Shown here one piece after another: positions 15,673 to 23,512 of a stretch of DNA of 32,000 nucleotides. The stretch spans positions 240,001 to 272,000 of the forward strand of contig NZ_PQWO01000006.1 of assembly GCF_003231495.1 (NCBI RefSeq), read 5' to 3'. Numbering within the stretch: the stretch's first letter is position 1; the number at the start of each line of letters is the position of its first letter. This DNA is from Acaryochloris thomasi RCC1774 (GTDB lineage: Bacteria; Cyanobacteriota; Cyanobacteriia; Thermosynechococcales; Thermosynechococcaceae). A program made the translations under genes and the position numbers. The notes under the pieces are model-generated. The model made no database searches. It saw only the letters and a program-made list of their open reading frames with translations, and was not told where the DNA came from.

Positions 15673-15689
15673 GACTCTTTAGCTCCTCG

Positions 15690-16226
15690 TTAACTATCCG
15701 TGGTCAGATGCTCATGGACAATAGCCCAGCGATCGCCAACTCGCTGCCAAACATGGGTCCCACGCTGCCGAAAAGTGATAGCTTTGCCATCCTGATCAAT
15801 GCCGCCACCGGCCAAAGTAAACATAGTGGTTGCTAAATCACCTTCAACAATTACTCGAACCTCACCTTCAGGCTTAACCTGCCAGTCCGTAAACTGCTCC
15901 ATGAACGGCTCCCAGGTGGTGCGATAGTCTTTCCAGCTTTGCAGGACCACAACTTTGCCGCCTGCATCATCGAAGACAAGCAGCTCACCTGGATCTTGAG
16001 CAAAAAGCTCACCCATCGCGCCCCAATCCATCGGATCTTTCCCTGGACTCCATAGCTCGAACCATTGCTGAGTTAACTGTCGGATGGTTGCTTCTTCGTC
16101 CTTGGCTGCAGCCGTCTGTCCAGGGATTGCCAAAGCGCCGAAATCTGAAATTGTTGTCGGGATGATGGCCACCGCACCTGTTGCGATCGCAGCTGACACC
16201 AGAACGTTCATCCAATGCTTTTTCAT
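15690..16226 (-). CDS. NTF2-like (SnoaL/DUF4440-type) protein with a signal peptide
   Basis: I prefer ATG 16226 (MKKHWMNVLVSAAIATGAVAI) because GGAGG lies 6 nt upstream. The mature part IRQLTQQWFELW...RGTHVWQRVGDRWAIVHEHLT is the typical NTF2-like fold pattern. Confidence 0.82.
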   Translation of the reverse strand: MKKHWMNVLVSAAIATGAVAIIPTTISDFGALAIPGQTAAAKDEEATIRQLTQQWFELWSPGKDPMDWGAMGELFAQDPGELLVFDDAGGKVVVLQSWKDYRTTWEPFMEQFTDWQVKPEGEVRVIVEGDLATTMFTLAGGGIDQDGKAITFRQRGTHVWQRVGDRWAIVHEHLTTDS

Positions 16227-16242
16227 CTTCGCCTCCATATCG

Positions 16243-16289
16243 ATACGATTCGTTTCGTATGCTTAATTATTAAACGAGGCGTATCGTTT
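16243..16289. promoter_or_regulatory. two 6-N6-6 dyads in the NTF2-like/TetR divergent promoter (candidate TetR operators)
   Basis: ATACGA-TTCGTT-TCGTAT (16243-16260) and AAACGA-GGCGTA-TCGTTT (16272-16289). Both have perfect 6-bp arms, and their centres are 29 bp apart. Confidence 0.45.
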
Positions 16290-16339
16290 TGTCAAATTCG
16301 TGGTCATAATAGGTTTGTGGTACGCCTTGAGGTCAAGCG

Positions 16340-16933
16340 ATGTCTGCAAAAGCGAAGACTGAGAAAACATCAGGACGTCCCCGTTCTGCGGTTTCGGAGC
16401 AGGCGATTCTGGCAGCGGCGTGGCGTTTACTGCAGCAGAGGCCAGTGAAGGATGTCTCGATTGAAGCGATCGCACGTGAAGCTGGCGTCGGGAAAACCAC
16501 GATCTATCGCTGGTGGCCCAGCAAAGCAGCCGTTTTTGTGGATGCCTTCTTAGCGAAGTTCAAGCCCCAGGCCGCATTCATCGAAACCGAATTAGCGGCG
16601 GATGCGTTAGCCCAACAGATGGCGGCTGTCGTAAAGGTCTTCAGTGGAGAGGCGGGGCGGATTGTGGCTGAGATTATTGCAGAGGGGCAGTCCGATTCAG
16701 TGGCCTTGGAGAGCTTTTGCGATCGCTTCTTGCAACCCCGTCGTCAAGCGGCTCAAGCGGTCATAGAGCAAGGCATTCAGTTGGGTGAATTTGATCCAGA
16801 TTTGGACTTAGAGGTCGCCCTGGATATCCTTTATGGACCGATTTACTATCGACTGCTAGTGAAGCACCAACCCCTAGATAGTACCTTTGCCGCAAAGCTA
16901 TCCAACAGAGCTTTACAGTGTCTGAGCCACTAG
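16340..16933 (+). CDS. TetR/AcrR family transcriptional regulator
   Basis: 197 aa with HTH SIEAIAREAGVGKTTIYRWWPSKAAVF. Confidence 0.92.
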   Translation: MSAKAKTEKTSGRPRSAVSEQAILAAAWRLLQQRPVKDVSIEAIAREAGVGKTTIYRWWPSKAAVFVDAFLAKFKPQAAFIETELAADALAQQMAAVVKVFSGEAGRIVAEIIAEGQSDSVALESFCDRFLQPRRQAAQAVIEQGIQLGEFDPDLDLEVALDILYGPIYYRLLVKHQPLDSTFAAKLSNRALQCLSH

Positions 16934-17038
16934 CGGCGACTTGGCTCACAAGCAATTTCCCGCTGGCTCTAAACAAGATCTAGTGACTGACGGACCACCA
17001 TCAATAAATAATCACTTCCTAGAGTCAAGCCAGTAGAT

Positions 17039-17464
17039 TTATCTCTCGATTAACCCAAGCTGCTGCATCACCTCAAGCAGGTTCGTCTCGTACCACCACT
17101 CTGCAATTTTGCCCTCCTCCATTTTCAACAGCGTGAAGTCATTGACCTTAACCGTTTTACCCGTAGGCGGGATGCCCAAAAATTCTCCTGTTTGTGTTCC
17201 TTCAATCGTTGTTCGGTAAACAACGCGATCGCCATCAACCAAAATATCTTCCATTGCTTGCTTAATATCAGGGAAGCCTTGAAACAAAGCCTCATTGAAC
17301 GCTTTGTTGGCCTCCAAGCCCACAATAGGTTCAGAAGCACTATTGAAGTGGTAGACAACATCAGGACTCATCAAGTTATCCCACGCTGATCTCCAGTTGG
17401 GGTTTGTACCCCAGCCATCATGGGCAAATCGCAACGCAATTGCCTTCGAATCTGTCGACGTCAT
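17039..17464 (-). CDS. SnoaL-like ester cyclase family protein
   Basis: I place the start at ATG 17464 (MTSTDSKAIALRF) because AGGAGA lies 8 nt upstream. FLGIPPTGKTVKVNDFTLLKMEEGKIAEWWYETNLLEVMQQLG is the typical ester-cyclase C-terminus. The track ORF extends to 17572. Confidence 0.85.
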   Translation of the reverse strand: MTSTDSKAIALRFAHDGWGTNPNWRSAWDNLMSPDVVYHFNSASEPIVGLEANKAFNEALFQGFPDIKQAMEDILVDGDRVVYRTTIEGTQTGEFLGIPPTGKTVKVNDFTLLKMEEGKIAEWWYETNLLEVMQQLGLIER

Positions 17465-17575
17465 AGCGTTATCTCCTGTACGAGCAATAAATTGAGATGT
17501 TTGGGGCGGGAGTGGAGCGACCGCCAGGGAATCAGCGATTGCCACTCCTCTCGATGGGACAAAATGTGCCATTTC

Positions 17576-17734
17576 TCAGTCATCCGCAGGCTGACCCGAA
17601 ACCACAGCGGCATTGCCACCCCACAGAAAGATGAGCAGCAGACCGAAAAATGCCAAGTGCTTGAGCGTGGAACGCTGTCCTTCATACCAGCGCAGAAGCA
17701 AGCGATATATGCGTTTTGAGTGAGATAGAAGCAT
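17576..17734 (-). CDS. hypothetical small membrane protein (52 aa, one predicted TM helix)
   Basis: ATG at 17734. MLLSHSKRIYRLLLRWYEGQRSTLKHLAFFGLLLIFLWGGNAAVVSGQPADD. I recognise no homology. It is in the same frame as the cyclase ORF, separated from it by one TGA. Confidence 0.2.
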   Translation of the reverse strand: MLLSHSKRIYRLLLRWYEGQRSTLKHLAFFGLLLIFLWGGNAAVVSGQPADD

Positions 17735-17746
17735 TGATACTCTTCT

Positions 17747-17812
17747 CCATACGATGCCGTATGGTCTTAGAGTAGTATTCGTCGATATTAATGTCAATAC
17801 GCAGCCGTATGG
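17747..17812. promoter_or_regulatory. two ATACG-N4-CGTAT dyads in the cyclase/TetR divergent promoter (candidate TetR operators)
   Basis: CCATACGATGCCGTATGG (17747-17764; perfect 7-bp arms) and ATACGCAGCCGTAT (17797-17810). The second overlaps the first six codons of the longest tetR ORF, which argues for the ATG at 17809 as the start. Confidence 0.5.
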
Positions 17813-18384
17813 TGAAGAAAAAAGATGGTCCTAAACTTAGTCGTCATGACTGGATTGAGCAAGGACTCAAGGCTCTGGCCGCCAGTGGAATAGAGGCTGT
17901 GCGGGTAGAGCCTTTGGCGAAAATGATGCAGGTGACCAAAGGAAGCTTCTATTGGCACTTCAGAAATCGAGCTGAGCTATTAACAGCGATTTTGGAGAAG
18001 TGGGTCAGCCAGCAGACTGATGGCATCATTGATCAGGTGGAGGCAGCGGGGGGGATGCCCCGTGAAAAGTTGCTACGTCTCTTTGAGTTAGCAATCCAAG
18101 ACGAAGGGCGCGAAGAGATTGCAATTAGGGCTTGGGCGACCAACGATGCCATAGTTGCTAAGACGTTAGTTCAGGTCGATCAGCGGCGCTTAGACTATAC
18201 AAAGGATTTATTTATCAGCATTGGTTTTACGTCGACCGAAGCCTTGGTGCGGGCGCGGATGGCTTACTATGCCCTCGTGGGCGAATTTGCTATCGGGGTT
18301 TACCCCAAGGCATACGCCAATCAGGCAGAGCGGCTAACAGAGATACGCCTCCGGTATGAAATTCTGGTTAATACCACTGAGTAA
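17809..18384 (+). CDS. TetR/AcrR family transcriptional regulator
   Basis: HTH RVEPLAKMMQVTKGSFYWHFRNRAELL. The start is either 17809 (MVKKKDGPK, my preference) or 17791 (track). Confidence 0.9.
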   Translation: MVKKKDGPKLSRHDWIEQGLKALAASGIEAVRVEPLAKMMQVTKGSFYWHFRNRAELLTAILEKWVSQQTDGIIDQVEAAGGMPREKLLRLFELAIQDEGREEIAIRAWATNDAIVAKTLVQVDQRRLDYTKDLFISIGFTSTEALVRARMAYYALVGEFAIGVYPKAYANQAERLTEIRLRYEILVNTTE

Positions 18385-18399
18385 GACAGTCAGTGAAAC

Positions 18400-18832
18400 G
18401 GTTGTATGAGTGTGAGTCGGCCAAAGGTTCGGTGCTTTGGCCGTAATGCTTGAATGTCCGTCAAAGCCATACATGAAGCCGGGGCGCAGCACCACTCTTT
18501 TGTACTAAGAAATGGACATCGAAAAGAGTTCTTGCTCTAGGTCCATGCGAAAGGCTAAAGCATGGTCGGGATTACTCGGTGTCGTCTCACCCATCACGAA
18601 CTCAGGGCGTTTAGCGTCTTTCTACCTGGACGCGCCCCTCAGTCTGAATCGTAATAATATGCTGGGCCGCTTGATGCGCGGGTGTTTCGTGAGATGAGTG
18701 GTAATGATATTCAAAATGAAGATGGTCCCAGGCCACGTCTCAGCTTGAGATCAAGGCGGCAGGCTGGGTGAGCACCTGTGAGATACTTTTTTCCTGCCGA
18801 AAATCAACTTCGATTGAGTCCCCGTTTGTCAT
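18400..18832 (-). pseudogene. decayed AraC-family regulator (N-terminal effector domain only; nonsense codon plus frameshifts)
   Basis: My translation gives MTNGDSIEVDFRQEKSISQVLTQPAALISS*DVAWDHLHFEYHYHSSHETPAHQAAQHIITIQTEGRVQVERR*, then shifted frames KRPEFVMGETT... and ...VVLRPGF.... This matches the N-terminal pattern of cyanobacterial AraC regulators (VDF.QE...Q.L...P.LSS....W..L.LEYH..P.HETP.H...QH.I.I.......ERR). There is an in-frame TGA at 18740-18742, and the C-terminal HTH is absent. Confidence 0.5.
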
Positions 18833-18891
18833 GGAATGGCTGCTCCTCATACTTCATATTTTACGGGTCAGCCACAACCTGTTGGAGCATT

Positions 18892-19416
18892 CTAGGTTTG
18901 AACATGTGCTTCCAGCATCCACAAAAACTTGTCAGTTGACCGAGAGATTTCGGTATAGAGGTCTGCGGTATTTGCTTCACCAAGACCCTGAGCAATCTCG
19001 ATAGAGGATCGCACCGACCGAGCATACACAGCCATCTGCTCAGCCAGCAACAAGACGTATCCCTGCCCCTCTCTGCTGCTCAACCGATAGTCAGGAATTT
19101 CAGAAAACTGTGCTGCAGTGCGGGCCGTTCCCAACGCCACTCCGCCCAGGGCCACAATGCGTTCACCCACCAATGTCGCAAAATAATTGAGCTGTTCTGC
19201 CAGTTGCTCGAATAGTTGATATAGAGAGAAAAACTGCATCCCTTTGACGTTCCAGTGGGCGCAGTTTACCTGAGTCCAGAGATCAATCGTCGAGGCTAAG
19301 GTGCGATTGAGAATTTCAATTATCTCTACCTGAACCTCAGGAGCCAAATCAATTCGCGTCGAATAGTAGCTGCCGTCGGATTTCATGCTGGCCCAGCGTT
19401 TAGATGTGCTCAACAT
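18892..19416 (-). CDS. dps: Dps family DNA-protection / ferritin-like protein
   Basis: HWNVKG motif and four-helix ferritin-like layout (LNRTLASTIDLWTQVNCAHWNVKGMQFFSLYQLFEQLAEQL...). The start is uncertain: ATG 19416 or 19386 gives a typical 164-174-aa size, whereas the track ORF runs to a TTG at 19485. Confidence 0.88.
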   Translation of the reverse strand: MLSTSKRWASMKSDGSYYSTRIDLAPEVQVEIIEILNRTLASTIDLWTQVNCAHWNVKGMQFFSLYQLFEQLAEQLNYFATLVGERIVALGGVALGTARTAAQFSEIPDYRLSSREGQGYVLLLAEQMAVYARSVRSSIEIAQGLGEANTADLYTEISRSTDKFLWMLEAHVQT

Positions 19417-19591
19417 AGTAAAATTAGCCAAATTTTGTCTTGTCACCTTTTGGGATCTTTGGTCTGATCTAGAATCCATGCACAATTAAGTAGGTCTGTA
19501 TTACCTAAAGTGTGGTGGTATAGACACTCACAGACAGAAGACAACAGAACTGAAAATATTTAGGAACTAGGCAAAGCCACAGGACTACATT

Positions 19592-20482
19592 TTGAATAAC
19601 TCAACCTCAAAGGCTTCGTTTTCTAACATTGTTCCTGACGACTGGGTTTTATCGCGACAGCCGCTGAAGTCGGGTGGCTTCACCATTGAGCATCACATGG
19701 AAAAACCGGGTGAACTGACAACATCTGGCGTTGCCCAACATGCGTTATTAGTCACAATGAGCGAGGGCAGTACGCATCAGTTTACCCGGCTTGGGAAGCA
19801 AGTCTATGAAGGCGAGAACCCTGCGGGTGCTTTCTGGTTAGCCTCTGCCAATACATCAGCAGAGTGGGCCTGGAAAACCGTTGATGAGACGGTCGCATTT
19901 GTCATCGAGCCTTCGCATTTGCAGCAGGTCGCAGCGGAAACCGAGTGTTTAGATCCTAGTTCAGTTGCATTACGCAATGTTGCCTTTGGGCGTGATTCGC
20001 AGCTTGAGTTTTTAGCTCAATGCTGTCGCCAGGAATTTCTACGGCAAGAAATAGGTGATCGCATCTACACCGATTCCCTCGCCAATATCATTGCACTTCA
20101 CTTGCTTCGCAACTACTGTACCCATAAGCCACTCATCCGCGAGTGTGCAAAGGGGATGGGAAACAAGCGACTCCGGAATGTGCTGGAGTATATCGATACT
20201 CATTTAGATCAGGAAATCGGGTTGGCTGACTTAGCGGCCGTGGCGAAGATGAGTCAGCATCATCTCTCTCCCATGTTTAAGCAGTCCACTGGCCTACCTC
20301 CCTATCGCTATGTTTTGCAACAGCGGATCCAGCGGGCGAAGCAGCTACTCAAGCAGGATTCCCTCTCGATTACCGACGTGGCCTTGAGCAGTGGGTTTGC
20401 CGATCAGAGTCATCTGACAAAGCATTTCCGTAAGTCTGTGGGCGTCACTCCCAAAGCCTATCGAGAGAACCAAAATCTCTAA
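19592..20482 (+). CDS. AraC family transcriptional regulator
   Basis: The C-terminal double HTH reads IGLADLAAVAKMSQHHLSPMFKQSTGLPPYRYVLQQRIQRAKQLL...ITDVALSSGFADQSHLTKHFRKSVGVTPKAYR. TTG start as given in the track. Divergent from dps. Confidence 0.86.
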   Translation: MNNSTSKASFSNIVPDDWVLSRQPLKSGGFTIEHHMEKPGELTTSGVAQHALLVTMSEGSTHQFTRLGKQVYEGENPAGAFWLASANTSAEWAWKTVDETVAFVIEPSHLQQVAAETECLDPSSVALRNVAFGRDSQLEFLAQCCRQEFLRQEIGDRIYTDSLANIIALHLLRNYCTHKPLIRECAKGMGNKRLRNVLEYIDTHLDQEIGLADLAAVAKMSQHHLSPMFKQSTGLPPYRYVLQQRIQRAKQLLKQDSLSITDVALSSGFADQSHLTKHFRKSVGVTPKAYRENQNL

Positions 20483-20494
20483 ACAACGTAGCCC

Positions 20495-20995
20495 TTACAA
20501 AACAGTTCCGAAAAGCCAAGCATCAAGGGAGAAGCTTCCAGGGCCAAACGCCAACAGGACAATCAACATTAGGTTGTAAACAAAGGCTTTCTCCTGACTC
20601 GGGGGTTCACCTTTGCCGTTTTCACCTTCGTACTCTCCTGCAGGTATCAGATAGGGATCATTGGCAATGAAGGGTAGACCTTTGGTGATTTCTAAAACCA
20701 AAGCAAATGCCATCGAAGCCAGCAGTGCTAAACAGGTCAGAGGCGTCAATAAACCAAAGGTCAGGCAAATACCGCCCAAGACCATGGATGAAGCCGATAA
20801 AAAACATAGATAAATCGGCATCTCTAAAGATTCGGACCACTGCTGCAGATGGGTCACTTTTGGATAGCCGTGCAGCACAAACAGGATGCCCAGGCCGACT
20901 CGCAGAGCCAGTAGGGTGCCGCCCTGTATACCGGTGGGAAAGGCTGGATAAAGCGATCGCAACAAGTCTAAAGCAGACTCTAAAAAATTGAGCAT
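20495..20995 (-). CDS. DoxX family membrane protein
   Basis: 166 aa with four hydrophobic segments and the LRVGLGILFVLHGYPKV motif typical of DoxX. Its ATG overlaps the upstream stop by 1 nt (TAATG). Confidence 0.86.
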   Translation of the reverse strand: MLNFLESALDLLRSLYPAFPTGIQGGTLLALRVGLGILFVLHGYPKVTHLQQWSESLEMPIYLCFLSASSMVLGGICLTFGLLTPLTCLALLASMAFALVLEITKGLPFIANDPYLIPAGEYEGENGKGEPPSQEKAFVYNLMLIVLLAFGPGSFSLDAWLFGTVL

Positions 20996-21885
20996 TATTT
21001 CAATAAATCAATGGTGTACAAAGAGCGGCCCGCTGTGATGAAAAGACGCCTGCCATCCTGACCGCCGAAGGTCAGATTGGCACAGACTTCAGGCACCAGA
21101 ATCTTGCCGAGACAAGTCCCGTCGGGAGCGTATACCTGAATACTGTCGGCGGAGGTAATAAACAGATTGCCCTGCGGATCAACCTTGAGACCGTCGGGCT
21201 GACCGGGTTCAATGGCGCTAAACAATCGACCATTCGCCACCTGCTTTTCGTCAACAAGATCGTAGGCTCGAACGTAGTGATGCCCCTGAGGATAGTTGAC
21301 CTGAGAGGTATCCGAGACGTACAGAATCTTTTCGTCAGGACTAAACGCCAGTCCATTGGGGCGTTCCATTTCTGTGATCACCGCATCGATTTCTCCAGTC
21401 TCGGGATCAAAGCGGAACACGAAGCTTCCAGGCTGTTCCTGCTGTCCGCTGCAGCCTTCTCCAGCCTGAGTCAAGCCAAAGGGAGGATCGGTAAACCAGA
21501 GGGTGCCATCCCTTTTCATGACAACATCATTGGGGCTGTTCAAACGGTTGTTTTGGTGGCGGTCCACCAATGTTTGCCACTCTCCGCTGTGTTCACGCCT
21601 GACAATGGCGCGTTTTCCATGAGAGCAACTGACCAGTCGCCCTTCTAGATCGAGGCAATTTCCATTTTGATAATCGCTGGGTTCGCGGATTACTTGGGTG
21701 CCGTCCTGAACACTCCAGCGAAAGACTCGGTTACCGCTGACGTCACTCCAAATTACGCTGTTGTCTTCCGGCAAATAGACTGGGCCTTCGCTGTGCTTTG
21801 CGCCCTCTGCTAACTGCTTGAGTTCTGCATTAGGTGAAATCAGATCGCATAAACGAGAGTCGTAAATAACAAGCGTCTTAGACAT
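20995..21885 (-). CDS. SMP-30/gluconolactonase/LRE family protein
   Basis: I place the start at ATG 21885 (MSKTLVIYD), which avoids overlap with the upstream gene. Beta-propeller motifs present: HSEGPVY, NSPNDVVMKRDGTLWFTDP, RPNGLAFSPDEKILYVSD, PDGLKVDPQGNLF. Confidence 0.9.
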   Translation of the reverse strand: MSKTLVIYDSRLCDLISPNAELKQLAEGAKHSEGPVYLPEDNSVIWSDVSGNRVFRWSVQDGTQVIREPSDYQNGNCLDLEGRLVSCSHGKRAIVRREHSGEWQTLVDRHQNNRLNSPNDVVMKRDGTLWFTDPPFGLTQAGEGCSGQQEQPGSFVFRFDPETGEIDAVITEMERPNGLAFSPDEKILYVSDTSQVNYPQGHHYVRAYDLVDEKQVANGRLFSAIEPGQPDGLKVDPQGNLFITSADSIQVYAPDGTCLGKILVPEVCANLTFGGQDGRRLFITAGRSLYTIDLLK

Positions 21886-21907
21886 GGGGCATTGCCTCGA
21901 CAAGTTT

Positions 21908-22852
21908 CTACCGACATCCGACGAGCAACAAAGCATGGCCGTCAGGGTCTTTGATTAGACAGCCCCGACGAAATCGATAGGTGTCGGGAAAGTTCACCCA
22001 ATGGGGAGAGACGATTTCAACATCTGCTTGTTTGAGCTGCTCTAGGGCCGATTCAATCTCTTCAGTTTCAAGAATAATATGCATGTGAGCTAGGTCGCTC
22101 GCGTCCCAGTGTTCAGGAATGGGGCGACCGGTACCCGGCTTGATATAGTCTAAAAGCTCAATGCCGATGCTGGTTTGAGCGGGCTGCAGGGGAATAACCT
22201 GAACGTCAGCGATGGGTAAGCCATCAAGAGTCGCCTGGACTTCGCCAGAGTGAAGCGTGCTGCTAACGACCGTCATGCCTAGAAGGTCGCGATAGAACTG
22301 CCTGCTGATGTCGGCGTTAGAAATTGCGATCGCACTATGATCGATCCCCAAGAACAAATCATCGCTGTTCTGATGCCACTTCTCTTTGCCCTTCCCTTCA
22401 GGGAACCAAATCAGCTCTAGACTTCGATAGTCAACATCTCTGAACTTGAAGGCCCGTACCCCGCCTGCGGTCGGGTTGTTTGCTGGAATGGTTTGAGGCC
22501 CGTCCGAAATTGGCTCAACGGAAAAGGACTGCAGATGCTTGTAGGCGCGGTCTAAATCGCTGACAACGATCGCCATATGCTGAAACCAAAGATCGTTGCT
22601 CTGAGAATCCCTCGGAATCGGTGCAGAATCCGAGTCGAGACAGTCAACTAATTCGATAGTTTCATCCCCAAGCTGAAGCGTGACAATCCGCACCGGACGA
22701 GGCGGAACGTCAGCAATCTGGCTATAGTTAGCTGCTTCTATCGTAATGTCACCCACGGGCTTGAAACCCAGAGCCTGAATATAGAAGCTCTGGGTGCGGT
22801 CAAGTTCCGCCACCGTCAGGGCAATGGAGTGAATTGCTTTGACGGCAACCAT
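21908..22852 (-). CDS. two-module VOC family protein (extradiol-dioxygenase/glyoxalase-like)
   Basis: 314 aa with two VOC modules beginning IHSIALTVAELDRTQSFYIQALGFK and IDHSAIAISNADISRQFYRDLLGMT. Its start lies 1 nt after the cupin stop. Confidence 0.85.
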   Translation of the reverse strand: MVAVKAIHSIALTVAELDRTQSFYIQALGFKPVGDITIEAANYSQIADVPPRPVRIVTLQLGDETIELVDCLDSDSAPIPRDSQSNDLWFQHMAIVVSDLDRAYKHLQSFSVEPISDGPQTIPANNPTAGGVRAFKFRDVDYRSLELIWFPEGKGKEKWHQNSDDLFLGIDHSAIAISNADISRQFYRDLLGMTVVSSTLHSGEVQATLDGLPIADVQVIPLQPAQTSIGIELLDYIKPGTGRPIPEHWDASDLAHMHIILETEEIESALEQLKQADVEIVSPHWVNFPDTYRFRRGCLIKDPDGHALLLVGCR

Positions 22853-22853
22853 C

Positions 22854-23318
22854 TCAGCTCAAGTCTCCTGGACGCATCCCCAGCCAGCGATCGCCCTCTA
22901 GCTGAATGATCATCATCTGAACCGGCTGCTCACCCACGGTTCCAGAGATGTGGCCTTGATGTCCCTCGGCGTTTGGCTTTGTGTCTTGATCGGCTCCAAA
23001 CGAGATCTCGCCAGTCCCCATTTCGACTCGTTTACCGTCCATTGTTTCGACATACCAGCAGCCCGACAGGGGCACAATCCACTGCGGCTTAGGATTTTCG
23101 TGCCATTCACCAACCCAGCCCACCGGCAGCTCGGCGAACAGGATCTTAGCGTCAGCGCTCATCAAGCGATTGTTCCACTGCGGATCGGCGTCGCCGCCCA
23201 TGCTTTCTTGCTCAAAGTTAGTCAGCTCACAGCGGGTTTGGTGGCTGATGCCGTCATCGTCAGTCCAGACATGCCAATAGGGCTGGGTTGGTGGATTCTC
23301 ACTGGAAGGAGCGGTCAT
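22854..23318 (-). CDS. cupin domain protein
   Basis: 154 aa. GEWHENPKPQWIVPLSGCWYVETMDGKRVEMGTGEISF fits the cupin G.(x)H.H...G...(x)G pattern. First gene of a tightly packed four-gene operon. Confidence 0.72.
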   Translation of the reverse strand: MTAPSSENPPTQPYWHVWTDDDGISHQTRCELTNFEQESMGGDADPQWNNRLMSADAKILFAELPVGWVGEWHENPKPQWIVPLSGCWYVETMDGKRVEMGTGEISFGADQDTKPNAEGHQGHISGTVGEQPVQMMIIQLEGDRWLGMRPGDLS

Positions 23319-23336
23319 TGTTCAAGTCTCTATTAT

Positions 23337-23392
23337 TCATAATTAAGATGACATGGCCCACCGTCGGAACAATCTATCTTCAGAGAGATATT
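23337..23392 (-). promoter_or_regulatory. bipartite conserved element, copy 1 (upstream of the cupin operon)
   Basis: Plus-strand box 1 TCATAATTAAGATGACATG (23337-23355) and box 2 CAATCTATCTTCAGAGAGATATT (23370-23392). They are 17/19 and 20/23 identical to the copy upstream of katG. Confidence 0.55.
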
Positions 23393-23512
23393 AAACTCTA
23401 AACCTGGATTTCTCATAGGCAGGATTTAACAAATTGATTCAGCGCTATTCGTTGGGGCTTTGAACTAGAATACAGTTTCGAGCTGGGCAGCACACACTTT
23501 CGAGACTGAGTG

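Noticed and set aside
17576-17578. In-frame TGA between the small TM ORF and the cyclase as a selenocysteine or programmed read-through site
   Set aside because: No SECIS-like hairpin follows the codon. The internal ATG at 17464 has a strong RBS, and same-frame placement has a 1-in-3 chance expectation.
18512-19004. Plus-strand ORFs 18512-18697 and 18768-19004
   Set aside because: They are antisense to the AraC relic and to the dps 3' end respectively, with no supporting signals.
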